Origin: an uncultured archaeon
GTDB taxonomy: Archaea > Asgardarchaeota > Thorarchaeia > Thorarchaeales > Thorarchaeaceae
Assembly (NCBI GenBank): GCA_964648855.1
Contig: CAZYLT010000003.1
Location: forward strand, 120,001-152,000
DNA length: 32,000 nucleotides
Direction: 5' to 3'
Within the stretch, counting starts at the first letter, position 1, and each line of letters opens with the position of its first letter. Shown piece after piece: positions 17,641-26,847 of this stretch. Position numbers and translations under genes: made by a program. The notes below the pieces were generated by a model. That model saw nothing but the letters and a program-made list of their open reading frames with translations, was not told where the DNA came from and ran no database searches.

Positions 17641-19077
17641 CTACGATTCAATCTTCCATGTAGGACCATCTTTAGTATCGGTAATTGACACACCCATCTC
17701 CGCCAGTCTATCCCTGATCATATCACCAGTTTCGTAATCCTTCTCTTCACGAGCTTTCTCTCTTATCTCAAGAAGGAGTGCTATCGTTTTCTCGACGATA
17801 TTCCCTACTTCAGATGAACCTGTCAGTTCTTTCTTTGATATATCAATCCCAAGTATTTCTAACCGAGTGGATAACTTAGCAAGTGCTTCTCGAAGTACTG
17901 CGGCCTTACCGGTTTCGTCAAGATTTGCATTCAATGTTCTAACGAAAGAGAAGACTGCTGCGATTGCGCCGGGTGTGTTGAAATCATCGTCCATCTCTTT
18001 TTCAAACTCCGTTTTCATGATATCAATCGCATCTGCTATTTCATCATCTGCTTGTGTGGGATTCACCTTCTTCTTGGCAAGGATACTGATCCTTCCCCTT
18101 ATTGCATCAACAGCATTGCGAATTCTCTCGACAGATTGGGTAGCTTGCTTGAGTGCTTGATCATTGTAGTCCAATGGTTGTCGATAGTGTCCTGAAACAA
18201 GGAAGAATCTCACACCCTGATTGTCGTAATTGTCAAGTACTTCTCGGGCGGTGAAGAAGTTGCCTTCGGACTTTGACATCTTATCCTCATTAATTGTTAG
18301 GAACCCGTTGTGAAGCCAGTACTTCACCGGTGTTTCCACCCCATAGGCTGCCGCTGATTGTGCTATCTCATTCTCATGATGCGGAAAGATTAGGTCTTGA
18401 CCTCCACCATGGATATCAAAGGGTATACCCAAGTAGTAGGCTCCCATAACCGAGCACTCCATATGCCAACCCGGACGGCCCTCGCCCCAGGGACTATCCC
18501 ATGAGGGCTCACTAGGCTTCTTTTCCTTCCAGAGAACAAAGTCGCGGGGGTCTTTTTTCTTGTCGCCGGTTTCGACTCGCGCACCAGCTGCTAATTCATC
18601 TGGGTCGATTTTCGAAAGAACTCCGTAGTTCTCCCACTCACTGATGTCAAAATAGACATCCCCGTTTGCTGAATATGCAACGCCTCTATCGAAGATGGAT
18701 TGCACCATTTCGATAATATCATCCATATGCTCTGTTGCACGTGGATTTACACTCGCAGGTTTCAGATTCAACTCATCAGCAATCTGCAGATACTCCGCAA
18801 TGAATTTCTCAGCGAGCTCATGAACCTCGATACCTTGATCATTAGCCCGATTGATCATTTTGTCATCGATATCAGTGAAATTCGTGACGTAGAATACATG
18901 ATACCCCTTGAATTCGAGATAGCGCCGGATAGTATCAAAGACAGCAAAGGATCGCGCATTGCCAATGTGTGGGTAATCGTAAACAGTTGGGCCACAGACA
19001 TACATCCTTACTTCGTTTTCACTGAGCGGTTCAAATTCTTCCTTAGAGCGCGATAGAGTGTTGTATACTTTGAGCAT
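17641..19077 (-). CDS. cysS: Cysteinyl-tRNA synthetase (class I)
   Basis: MYVCGPTVYDYPHIGN, NFTDIDDK, GRPGWHMECS, DIHGGGQDLIFPHHENEIAQ, KMSKS, MDDDFNTP. ATG 19077 preferred (track start 19110). Confidence 0.97.
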   Translation of the reverse strand: MLKVYNTLSRSKEEFEPLSENEVRMYVCGPTVYDYPHIGNARSFAVFDTIRRYLEFKGYHVFYVTNFTDIDDKMINRANDQGIEVHELAEKFIAEYLQIADELNLKPASVNPRATEHMDDIIEMVQSIFDRGVAYSANGDVYFDISEWENYGVLSKIDPDELAAGARVETGDKKKDPRDFVLWKEKKPSEPSWDSPWGEGRPGWHMECSVMGAYYLGIPFDIHGGGQDLIFPHHENEIAQSAAAYGVETPVKYWLHNGFLTINEDKMSKSEGNFFTAREVLDNYDNQGVRFFLVSGHYRQPLDYNDQALKQATQSVERIRNAVDAIRGRISILAKKKVNPTQADDEIADAIDIMKTEFEKEMDDDFNTPGAIAAVFSFVRTLNANLDETGKAAVLREALAKLSTRLEILGIDISKKELTGSSEVGNIVEKTIALLLEIREKAREEKDYETGDMIRDRLAEMGVSITDTKDGPTWKIES

Positions 19078-19220
19078 TGCCCACACCATTTCTCCTTTCA
19101 TATGTTCCATTATAAAAAGACGTTTGCAATTGTTGCCTGCTTCTGCTACTTGATTCCCGATACCAACCCAGCGAAACGTCTAAAGACAAGGGTGTCATTC
19201 TGTCTATATGTGCTTGGATT

Positions 19221-19973
19221 ATGGAAGAAGACATTCAAAATGCCATCGATACGGCAAGAGGGCTGCACGAAGACGGTCATGAAGAGGAGTCCGAATGGGT
19301 GCTCCGGGATGCATTGTCCAAGAACCCCGATTCACCTCAATTACTAACCGAGTTGGCTGCTGTTCTAGTTAGAAGCCATCGGGATACAGCTGCAGAGAAA
19401 CTACTTCGAGAAATAATCGAAGATCATCCCATGCAAGAACGTGCTATCTCGTTGCTAGGCAGACTGTTGGATAGCCTTCTAAGAACTGATGAGGCGAAGG
19501 AGCTTTATCGCTCAAAACTGAAGGAGAATTCTGAATTGCATGTTGTGACAGATGATCTCTGTAGAATCCTCTTGAGTGAAGATAGACAAGAGAAAGCATT
19601 AGACTTGTCATGGGACCATGCTGAGAAATTTGCCGATGAATCTGGCGCATATGATGCGGTAAGATATGTTCTGATGACGAAACAAGAAGAACTTGAATTG
19701 GAGCCCTATGAGACAGATTCTTCAACTCTGAATGAATTGGCTGACAACCTCATTCAGCAAGCCAAGATTATTGTGAAAATGGATGAAAATATTCCGGAGG
19801 ACTCCAAGAATGAGGATTCCTTAGGATTCGATTTGATGGATGAGATGAATCGAATTGAGTGTGACTTAGAACACGTTCTCAATATAGGTGATGAGAATGA
19901 TATGAAAGTATCTAAGCAAACAAAGAAACGAGCCAACCAATTGCTCGAAGAATTGCGGAGCCTCCAGAGTTAG
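19221..19973 (+). CDS. TPR-repeat-like helical acidic protein
   Basis: Repeated helical units such as ALSKNPDSPQLLTELAAVL, AEKLLREIIEDHP, AISLLGRLL...EAKELY. Confidence 0.7.
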   Translation: MEEDIQNAIDTARGLHEDGHEEESEWVLRDALSKNPDSPQLLTELAAVLVRSHRDTAAEKLLREIIEDHPMQERAISLLGRLLDSLLRTDEAKELYRSKLKENSELHVVTDDLCRILLSEDRQEKALDLSWDHAEKFADESGAYDAVRYVLMTKQEELELEPYETDSSTLNELADNLIQQAKIIVKMDENIPEDSKNEDSLGFDLMDEMNRIECDLEHVLNIGDENDMKVSKQTKKRANQLLEELRSLQS

Positions 19974-19991
19974 CTTCCTGACGTAATCAAT

Positions 19992-20279
19992 CTATTGCCA
20001 TCTGAAACAGGGGACATCCAGTTTCTTTGGCGAATCTTTCTTGGTCAAGAAGATGACGCATTGCTCCATAACTTCTCCCAAGAAGATATGCAATGTGCTT
20101 CTTTCGAGAATATCCAGCATCTTTGTTCTATCATCCTCCTCCAAGCCCATTACCTTGAGCATGCTCCTCCAATTTACTGGTCGATCAAGGTTTTTTTCTG
20201 CGACAGCTAAGACTCTCTCTTTTGAACCAGGAGCCATTTCCAGAATATCCGAGTCCCTTAGAACTGCTTTAATCCTCAT
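19992..20279 (-). CDS. Hypothetical protein
   Basis: 95-aa ATG-started ORF with protein-like composition filling the gap between two genes. Confidence 0.7.
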   Translation of the reverse strand: MRIKAVLRDSDILEMAPGSKERVLAVAEKNLDRPVNWRSMLKVMGLEEDDRTKMLDILERSTLHIFLGEVMEQCVIFLTKKDSPKKLDVPCFRWQ

Positions 20280-20414
20280 GGATGCTCACACGTGTGAATC
20301 TCTGAAAATAGGAAATAAGCCTAACTCTCCGTGATGTGCTCTCGCATATCGAATCTTATAGAGATTTTCTCAAATCATTTTGAACAAAATATCATCATGA
20401 CTCACGCTTGGCGA

Positions 20415-21242
20415 TCACTCTGTTTTGTCCCTAGAGATTTTCTGGAGAAAGGAGAACTCTCCCTTTCGAATTTTATACGCCGTCCAGAATACCATGGAAA
20501 CGATCAGGATTACTATCCCTAAGACAGTAACGACCACTATTTCCAAGTAGAATGGGGTGAAAGGGCTCAATAGGCTTGCCAATACCCCAATCAATGCCCA
20601 AACCCCTACAGAAGAGAATACGAGGTCATTCCTGGTAAACAGCACTAGCAGATAGATTACCAGCGCAATGCCAAGAACGATAATTGTCCATCCGACTTCT
20701 CCTATAGGCGCGGTCGGAAACCCAGATACCACGAGTGCCGTAGAAGTATTGACAATGGCTGCAACAGTAATCCAGCCGCAAAGCATACTCCAACCCACTG
20801 TAACGAAGATGTGCTCTCGTAATGACCTCTCTCTGAGATTTATTCCCAGTCTAAGATAGGCTCCAAGGGAAGTCAACAGATAGGCAAACATTGCAGCAAC
20901 ACCAGGCCAGACATATCCCCCTCCCCAGAGTATGTACCAAGCAGCTGTGGAAAGCCATGAGAGCAGGAAGAAAATGCTGACTTCGTTAACATAGGGCATG
21001 CTGATCTTCTCATCTGATGGTTTGAGAATATCCCTCGCTTGATAGAAATAGAACAATGCTTGAAAGAGGAAAATAGGTCCCCAAATAGCGAATGTGAATC
21101 CGGCGGGACTCAGAATTTTGGATGTAGTGCTTTCAAAGACGTTTGTCGCATCCACTCCGGAGAAGAATATGAGAATGAATGCCGCGAATGGTGTTAGCAG
21201 GTTGACAACTTGTAGTGCATTTTTCTCCTGTATCTCATTCAT
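20415..21242 (-). CDS. TspO/MBR-related tryptophan-rich membrane protein
   Basis: SPAGFTFAIWGPIF motif, GWITVAAIVN, multiple Trp-containing TM helices. Confidence 0.75.
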   Translation of the reverse strand: MNEIQEKNALQVVNLLTPFAAFILIFFSGVDATNVFESTTSKILSPAGFTFAIWGPIFLFQALFYFYQARDILKPSDEKISMPYVNEVSIFFLLSWLSTAAWYILWGGGYVWPGVAAMFAYLLTSLGAYLRLGINLRERSLREHIFVTVGWSMLCGWITVAAIVNTSTALVVSGFPTAPIGEVGWTIIVLGIALVIYLLVLFTRNDLVFSSVGVWALIGVLASLLSPFTPFYLEIVVVTVLGIVILIVSMVFWTAYKIRKGEFSFLQKISRDKTE

Positions 21243-21476
21243 CTGACCACAATCCTAGCTAGTCTGGCTTAATAGGTACTCTACACAATTATGAGCATCC
21301 TCCATAAATGCATTGGCATGATTTCTTCTTTCACTGGATTCTGCCGACGGGGCGAATGGACTGTGTCAGCAAATGCCAGAGTTTTTGAGGTTCGAGACGA
21401 ATCTACTATCATATCGCGGAGTTACGGTGTTTCACTATTGATTGCATACAACCCGGTATATGGTCAGGGATTGGAG

Positions 21477-22205
21477 ATGGCCGGTGCAGCCTTGGAAAGC
21501 ATAACTCACGTGCTCATAATGTCGACCGTAGTTGCTTTCATGACACTCGTTGCAGGGGTCGTACTACGGGGGCGAAGGCAAAATTCTGACCCTGGCTTTC
21601 TTGAAGGGAGGCCATTTGCTTATCCAGCTATCGCTTTCATAATCACTGCACTACTCGTGATGAGTTTCTTTCCTATTCCGATGTCGGAGTACCATGGAAG
21701 AAACGAACTACAGGATCATATCAATGGAACCGAAACCATAGATTTCAGAGTGTACGATAGTATATTCTATTCTGATAGTGTTGAGATTACTGTGGCCGAG
21801 ATATTAGACCTCAATGAGTCATTGCGTGTTGAACTGGAGGGCTATGTGAATGACACGCTGACTACTAATTCAACATTTACCATAGATGGAACAGGTGGAG
21901 AACCAGTCATAACACATCATGAGTTCAATGTTCCTCTGGAGCCTGGACTGTATGAGTTCGTCATCAAAGTAAGCTGGTACGAACATGGGGTTGAGATTAG
22001 CGGACCCACAAGTGTGAATATTATCTTGTCTCAACCCATGGCTTCTGGAATGTTTAGTGAGGTTCTCCAGTGGCAGACATACCAGTTTCTATTGCTGGTA
22101 CTGTCAATCTTGCTTCTCATTGGAGTTTTGTGTATCACGACCGACAAGGAAAATCGCCCCAAGGAAGGCTATGAACGCAGATGGGATCTACTGCCATATG
22201 GATGA
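21477..22205 (+). CDS. Hypothetical membrane protein (2 N-terminal TMs, beta-rich outer domain, C-terminal TM)
   Basis: Hydrophobicity pattern and N-x-T/S sequons (NGT, NES, NDT, NST). ATG 21477 preferred over track start 21291. Confidence 0.7.
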   Translation: MAGAALESITHVLIMSTVVAFMTLVAGVVLRGRRQNSDPGFLEGRPFAYPAIAFIITALLVMSFFPIPMSEYHGRNELQDHINGTETIDFRVYDSIFYSDSVEITVAEILDLNESLRVELEGYVNDTLTTNSTFTIDGTGGEPVITHHEFNVPLEPGLYEFVIKVSWYEHGVEISGPTSVNIILSQPMASGMFSEVLQWQTYQFLLLVLSILLLIGVLCITTDKENRPKEGYERRWDLLPYG

Positions 22206-22265
22206 ATCTGAATGGATTCGGTACCGTTAGGTGCCATTCTAAACAAAATGGATTCGTCGTCGATA

Positions 22266-22763
22266 CTAGTGAGACGCAATTCCATAGTAGGTCATCATAT
22301 CGACATTTACTCCTGCAAGCTTGAGATACATCCATAGCTGCATCTTATGCATGGCTAAGTGTGAAATACATTCACTGAGATAATGTGCCCAACTCTCGGT
22401 TCCTTCCTCCACATAGAACGGCTTGAGATTGTCTTCCAACATCTCGTCATCTGATTTTCTCTTAAAGAACCCAGTCATCTTCTCCAATCCCTCATCAAAG
22501 ACTTTCAGCATGTCCTGAATACTGTCGCGATTGAGATTGCTTTCTCTCTTCTGAGCTGCTTGACCGCTATCTAACTCTCCCGAATAAATTGCGATGTCCA
22601 TGAAGGGAATCTGGGCAGTGTGGTTTGCCAGTTGTTCCATCGTTCGCATCCCTTCCTTTGGCGCAAAATCCAAGTCTTCACCTTCGGCTGTTGATAGAAC
22701 TACACGTGTTTGGTTCGCTTCTCGTTTCACGCTCTCAAGCAGTACATCAGAAATCTTACCCAT
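22266..22763 (-). CDS. DinB/YfiT-superfamily protein
   Basis: F.P..GMRTMEQLANH ... HLAMHKMQLWMYLKLAG, the His-triad DinB pattern. ATG 22763 follows a GGTGA RBS. Confidence 0.85.
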   Translation of the reverse strand: MGKISDVLLESVKREANQTRVVLSTAEGEDLDFAPKEGMRTMEQLANHTAQIPFMDIAIYSGELDSGQAAQKRESNLNRDSIQDMLKVFDEGLEKMTGFFKRKSDDEMLEDNLKPFYVEEGTESWAHYLSECISHLAMHKMQLWMYLKLAGVNVDMMTYYGIASH

Positions 22764-22901
22764 AGTCACCAACTCTTTTTCGAGTCATCTCAGTGTAAGA
22801 AATCTTCAGGATTCTTGGATAAAAACCTTGGTTCTATTGAAAATGAAGCCGCTTTGCTAGTTTCCCTCATCATTCTCCTACATTATCACGTGGGGGGATC
22901 T

Positions 22902-23072
22902 CTATTGCTTGAAGAGGGAGATTGATCTCGCTGCTTTCGAGCGTCTATTCCTTATCAATAGGATTATGACCATGACCGCTACTGCAATTCCAATAGCTCC
23001 AACTGCTGCAATGATAAGGAGAACATCTGATGGTGCTGGATGGTAGTTGTTGATGATAGGTGATTTGAGCAA
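22902..23072 (-). CDS. Small single-TM protein or C-terminal membrane-anchor remnant (56 aa)
   Basis: Below the ORF-track cutoff; manual translation from TTG gives MLKSPIINNYHPAPSDVLLIIAAVGAIGIAVAVMVIILLIRNRRSKAARSISLFKQ*. Confidence 0.5.
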   Translation of the reverse strand: MLKSPIINNYHPAPSDVLLIIAAVGAIGIAVAVMVIILLIRNRRSKAARSISLFKQ

Positions 23073-23121
23073 TCTTTGCCGATATCCTTTTAATTTTATT
23101 ACTACTTCTCATGGCAACGGT

Positions 23122-23196
23122 GCCGGTCTGGCGGAGCAGCTACGCAACAGACTGCAAATCTGTACCACTTGGGTGCAAATCCCAAGGCCGGCTCCA
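23122..23196 (+). tRNA. tRNA-Cys (GCA), intronless, CCA encoded
   Basis: Acceptor stem GCCGGTC/GGCCGGC, anticodon arm ACAGA-CTGCAAA-TCTGT, T arm TTGGG-TGCAAAT-CCCAA, U73 discriminator, CCA; AT-rich TATA-like tract at about 23087-23100. Confidence 0.95.
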
Positions 23197-23299
23197 CTTG
23201 CTTTCCTTTCTCTACACAAATGATACTGTACTAGTAGACAGCGTTACTCGTGCAAAACCCTTTTTCATACGATGGGATATAACCTCGGTTGTGGTTTGA

Positions 23300-25495
23300 G
23301 TGACTTCCTTCATCGAAGAGAAAGCCAGGTCTATCATCAAAAGAGCAGCTACAACGCTACTCGACGAAAGGAGGATTGAGAATCCCGACGCTCAAGACAT
23401 TGAGGTTATTCGTCTAGCATCACTAAACCACTCACTGGCATCATACCTCAACTACACAAACGACTACGTTGCGAATCTTCGTGAACCACCCTTCTCCAGA
23501 TTGAGTTATGCATCACAATTTATCGGGCTGGATTCCAATGAGGTTTTGACCAATACAAAACGTCTCCTAGAATTGATAGATGGTCCCTGTAATGAAGTCA
23601 AGGGACTTGCTCTATATTCTGTCCCCATCATGCTATCTCAGGTCCATTCACTATGTTCCTATCATCTCTCCCCAGTCGGTCGTCTCTTCCAGAAAAACCT
23701 CGGGGCTTTCTATACTCCAGAAGGAATTACCCGCTACATGCTCGAATCAATACTTACTGGTAATGGAGTGCAGCAAGACCGAAGAACTGATGAGCATGAT
23801 TTCAATGACAGCATACCATATGTCTTGGATCCTGCGTGTGGCACTGGCGCTTTTCTGGTTGCAGCCTTCAAAATTCTTTCAGACACCTATTTACGTGACG
23901 ATAACCCATCAAGAACGGGGAATTCGACAAAGCTACTGCAAGGACTAAGCGAGCATCTTTATGGAGTGGACCTCGATGCAGGCTCGTTGGGAATAGCAGA
24001 TATATCCCTCCGTCTCTTGGCAGGCGAAAACAAGATCCCAATGAAAGTTAGTCAACTGGGAGTGACCTTGAAACAGGGTAATGCTCTCATATCACCAACA
24101 GATAAGAACTCAGCCAAGGCGTTAGCAAACTACTTCGAAGATCCGAGTTCCGAGTTGCCGTTTGATTGGCAGGGCGAATTTCCGGAGGTATTCTCAGGTG
24201 GTTCACCTGGTTTCGACGTTGTTGTCGCCAATCCACCATATGAGCGGCTGAAGCCAAACAAAACAGAATTCGGACGTCATCTGGACAAGGAACTGGCCAA
24301 GAAGCACCAATCACTGAGCTTTGCTAACGATGCGCAGAGGATCAAGGAGAAGATTGCGTACTTCCGAAAATCGGGAGATTATGAGTTTGCAAATGTCTAT
24401 TCAATGGATACCTATCGACTATTCATCGAACGGTCGCTTGAACTGTTAAAAGACAGAGGCAAATTCGGATTCATTGTCCCATCTACACTTGCAGGCGACC
24501 TAGCTTCAGAGAAAATCAGAAGATATCTATTGACAGAAAATAGCGTGCTTAGTCTAGACTTCTTTGAAGAGACTGCAGAGATATTCCCGAATGTAAGTCA
24601 GGCGTTATGCATCTTAGTGGGTCACAAGAACGGTCATACTTCAGAAATCAATCTTCGAATCGATTTGAGTTCCAGTGATCAGCTAGCTTCTAGTCCTAGT
24701 TACAACATCGATGTAGATGCTATGACAAGGATTGTTGGGTCCTCTCTCGTAATAGCAAGAGTAGAATCATTTGGGTGGGAAATCCTGCAGCAAATGCATC
24801 TCCACCGATCTGTGGGTGAATTGGATTGGATTCTGAATCATCGTGGAGAGCTTGACTTGACGCTGGATAAGGAGTATATTTCGGAAGAGGAGATAGGTCC
24901 GCGTTTGTTGAAGGGTTCTAACATTGATAGATATGTATTAAGAAATCCACAGTCCTCGCACTCATCGAAGTATGTTGACCTGAAAAACTTCAGGGAATCG
25001 AAGATAAATTCCATCAGGCTTGACCATATTGACTCAGATAGAATTGTCTGTCAACAGATAAACAATCAGCACCAGAAGTGGCGTTTGAAATTCGCCAAGG
25101 TGAATGGGGGATTTGTGTTGGCCAACTCCTGCAATTATCTCACCGTGACAGTCCAGGAATCTCAAGACCTTCTCCTGAACTATCTGCTCGGCCTGATGAA
25201 CTCCGAGCTCATGAACTGGAGATTCTCTGTTACGAGCTATAACAACCATGTATCGAATAGAGAGCTTGATACCCTTCCAATCCCAAATCCGATGGGCTCG
25301 AACAGACAAGATGAAACCATCAAGCAAATCGCAGATTTGGCGGGTATAATAGGTCATAATAGTCAAGAGTATGTCCCCCGAATTGAGGGGCTGGTCTTCA
25401 GACTATTCGATATTCGTAAATCATCGGCTTTCAAGCTGTTGGATTCTAGAGGACTGACTAAGCAGCAGATTCGCAGTATTCTCAGTCATATGTAG
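23300..25495 (+). CDS. N6-adenine DNA methyltransferase (gamma class), Alw26I/Eco31I/Esp3I-like
   Basis: GAFYTP, VLDPACGTGAFL (motif I), YGVDLD, VANPPY (motif IV), FIERSLELLK..G.FGFIVP, C-terminal TRD containing GELDLT. Confidence 0.88.
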   Translation: MTSFIEEKARSIIKRAATTLLDERRIENPDAQDIEVIRLASLNHSLASYLNYTNDYVANLREPPFSRLSYASQFIGLDSNEVLTNTKRLLELIDGPCNEVKGLALYSVPIMLSQVHSLCSYHLSPVGRLFQKNLGAFYTPEGITRYMLESILTGNGVQQDRRTDEHDFNDSIPYVLDPACGTGAFLVAAFKILSDTYLRDDNPSRTGNSTKLLQGLSEHLYGVDLDAGSLGIADISLRLLAGENKIPMKVSQLGVTLKQGNALISPTDKNSAKALANYFEDPSSELPFDWQGEFPEVFSGGSPGFDVVVANPPYERLKPNKTEFGRHLDKELAKKHQSLSFANDAQRIKEKIAYFRKSGDYEFANVYSMDTYRLFIERSLELLKDRGKFGFIVPSTLAGDLASEKIRRYLLTENSVLSLDFFEETAEIFPNVSQALCILVGHKNGHTSEINLRIDLSSSDQLASSPSYNIDVDAMTRIVGSSLVIARVESFGWEILQQMHLHRSVGELDWILNHRGELDLTLDKEYISEEEIGPRLLKGSNIDRYVLRNPQSSHSSKYVDLKNFRESKINSIRLDHIDSDRIVCQQINNQHQKWRLKFAKVNGGFVLANSCNYLTVTVQESQDLLLNYLLGLMNSELMNWRFSVTSYNNHVSNRELDTLPIPNPMGSNRQDETIKQIADLAGIIGHNSQEYVPRIEGLVFRLFDIRKSSAFKLLDSRGLTKQQIRSILSHM

Positions 25496-25551
25496 TTGCC
25501 TTCGTATCTTCATCATCGTAATGCTTTCAAGTCACCGATGTTCAGAAAGCA

Positions 25552-26793
25552 TTGGTCATTATGGTTGAGGCAGAGGCTAGTGGAGAATGTGAGGCAAGTG
25601 AAGCTCATATTATCTTCAATCATGTCACAGCAAAACTCAGTGACCTAGACCTGGAGATGGTAAGCTCTGTAATGCCTGGAGGAAACTGGACGGATATTCC
25701 TCTGAAAACTGCGAAAAAATCGAAACGACTTATGCAGATTAGGAAATCTGGAGGTCGGACAACATATTATGGCAGACTTCGACCTGATTTGCCAAGTTAC
25801 ACCATCAATACATACTTCAATAGGCCGGGAAATGGGACATTCATACATCCGGAAAGGGACCGACTCATTTCCATCAGGGAAGCAGCTCGACTTCAATCAT
25901 TCTCAGATGACTTCAGGTTCTATGGCAGTCTTAGTTCGCAATACAAACAGATAGGAAACGCTGTTCCTCCACTGTTGGCTAGGGCAATAGGAAACATGAT
26001 TCCCGTTTCTCGGACAATTGACCTGTTCTGTGGTGCTGGCGGAATGTCAAGTGGTCTAAATCAAGCTGGTCACAATGTAATCGCAGCTGTGGATGTGAAC
26101 GACCATATGCTTGAAACATATGGTGAGAATCACGTTCAAGCCAAATCTATACAATCTGACTTGTCAAAGGAGAATGATACTGGAGAAACAGTTCTGTCCA
26201 TTGAAGACTCTCTACAAGGAAAGACACTTGGCCTGCTGGCTGCTGGACCGCCCTGTCAGGGATTTTCAACAGCAGGCAAAAGACAAGACAATGACCCACG
26301 CAATTCTTTGCTTTTTACAGCATTGAAGATAGCAGACGCCCTCCGTCCTGAATATGTCTTGATTGAAAATGTTCTCGGACTAAAATGGATGAATGGCGGA
26401 GAAATTCTAGACTCATTTATGAAGGATTTAGAAACACTTGCCTATACTGCATCTTGGCATAAATTGTTCGCAGAACAATATGGTGTTCCTCAGCGTCGCC
26501 GAAGGATTTTCATTCTTGGCGCTAGGGAGGGAAATGAATTCAATCCACCTAAGCCAATATTTTCATGTGTTACAACAGGTCGGACACGAGAAGATATTCG
26601 TTTCAAGGATAACCACTTGGTGCAACCCGTATCTGTTAATGAAGCCATAGGTGACATGCCTGAAGTGTGCAAAGATGCGAGATGTCAGGAATATCAGCTC
26701 AATAGCACGAAAAGCAATAGTATGTATCAAGAGCTCATGCGAAAAGAAATATCTTATGAGAAATTTATTGAGGGCAGGTCGAAGAAAGCTTGA
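25552..26793 (+). CDS. C5-cytosine DNA methyltransferase with circularly permuted motif order
   Basis: TRD, motif IX (RLISIREAARLQSF) and motif X (YKQIGNAVPP) precede motif I (IDLFCGAGG), IV (GPPCQGFS), VI (ENV) and VIII (QRRRRIF). Start is TTG 25552 or ATG 25561. Confidence 0.92.
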   Translation: MVIMVEAEASGECEASEAHIIFNHVTAKLSDLDLEMVSSVMPGGNWTDIPLKTAKKSKRLMQIRKSGGRTTYYGRLRPDLPSYTINTYFNRPGNGTFIHPERDRLISIREAARLQSFSDDFRFYGSLSSQYKQIGNAVPPLLARAIGNMIPVSRTIDLFCGAGGMSSGLNQAGHNVIAAVDVNDHMLETYGENHVQAKSIQSDLSKENDTGETVLSIEDSLQGKTLGLLAAGPPCQGFSTAGKRQDNDPRNSLLFTALKIADALRPEYVLIENVLGLKWMNGGEILDSFMKDLETLAYTASWHKLFAEQYGVPQRRRRIFILGAREGNEFNPPKPIFSCVTTGRTREDIRFKDNHLVQPVSVNEAIGDMPEVCKDARCQEYQLNSTKSNSMYQELMRKEISYEKFIEGRSKKA

Positions 26794-26847
26794 ATTACTA
26801 TTCCAAGAGATTCATAACACCTCTTGAAGAACCCAGGAGCTAAATCG

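Noticed and set aside
23111-23299. 62-aa plus-strand ORF
   Set aside because: Overlaps the tRNA-Cys gene entirely.
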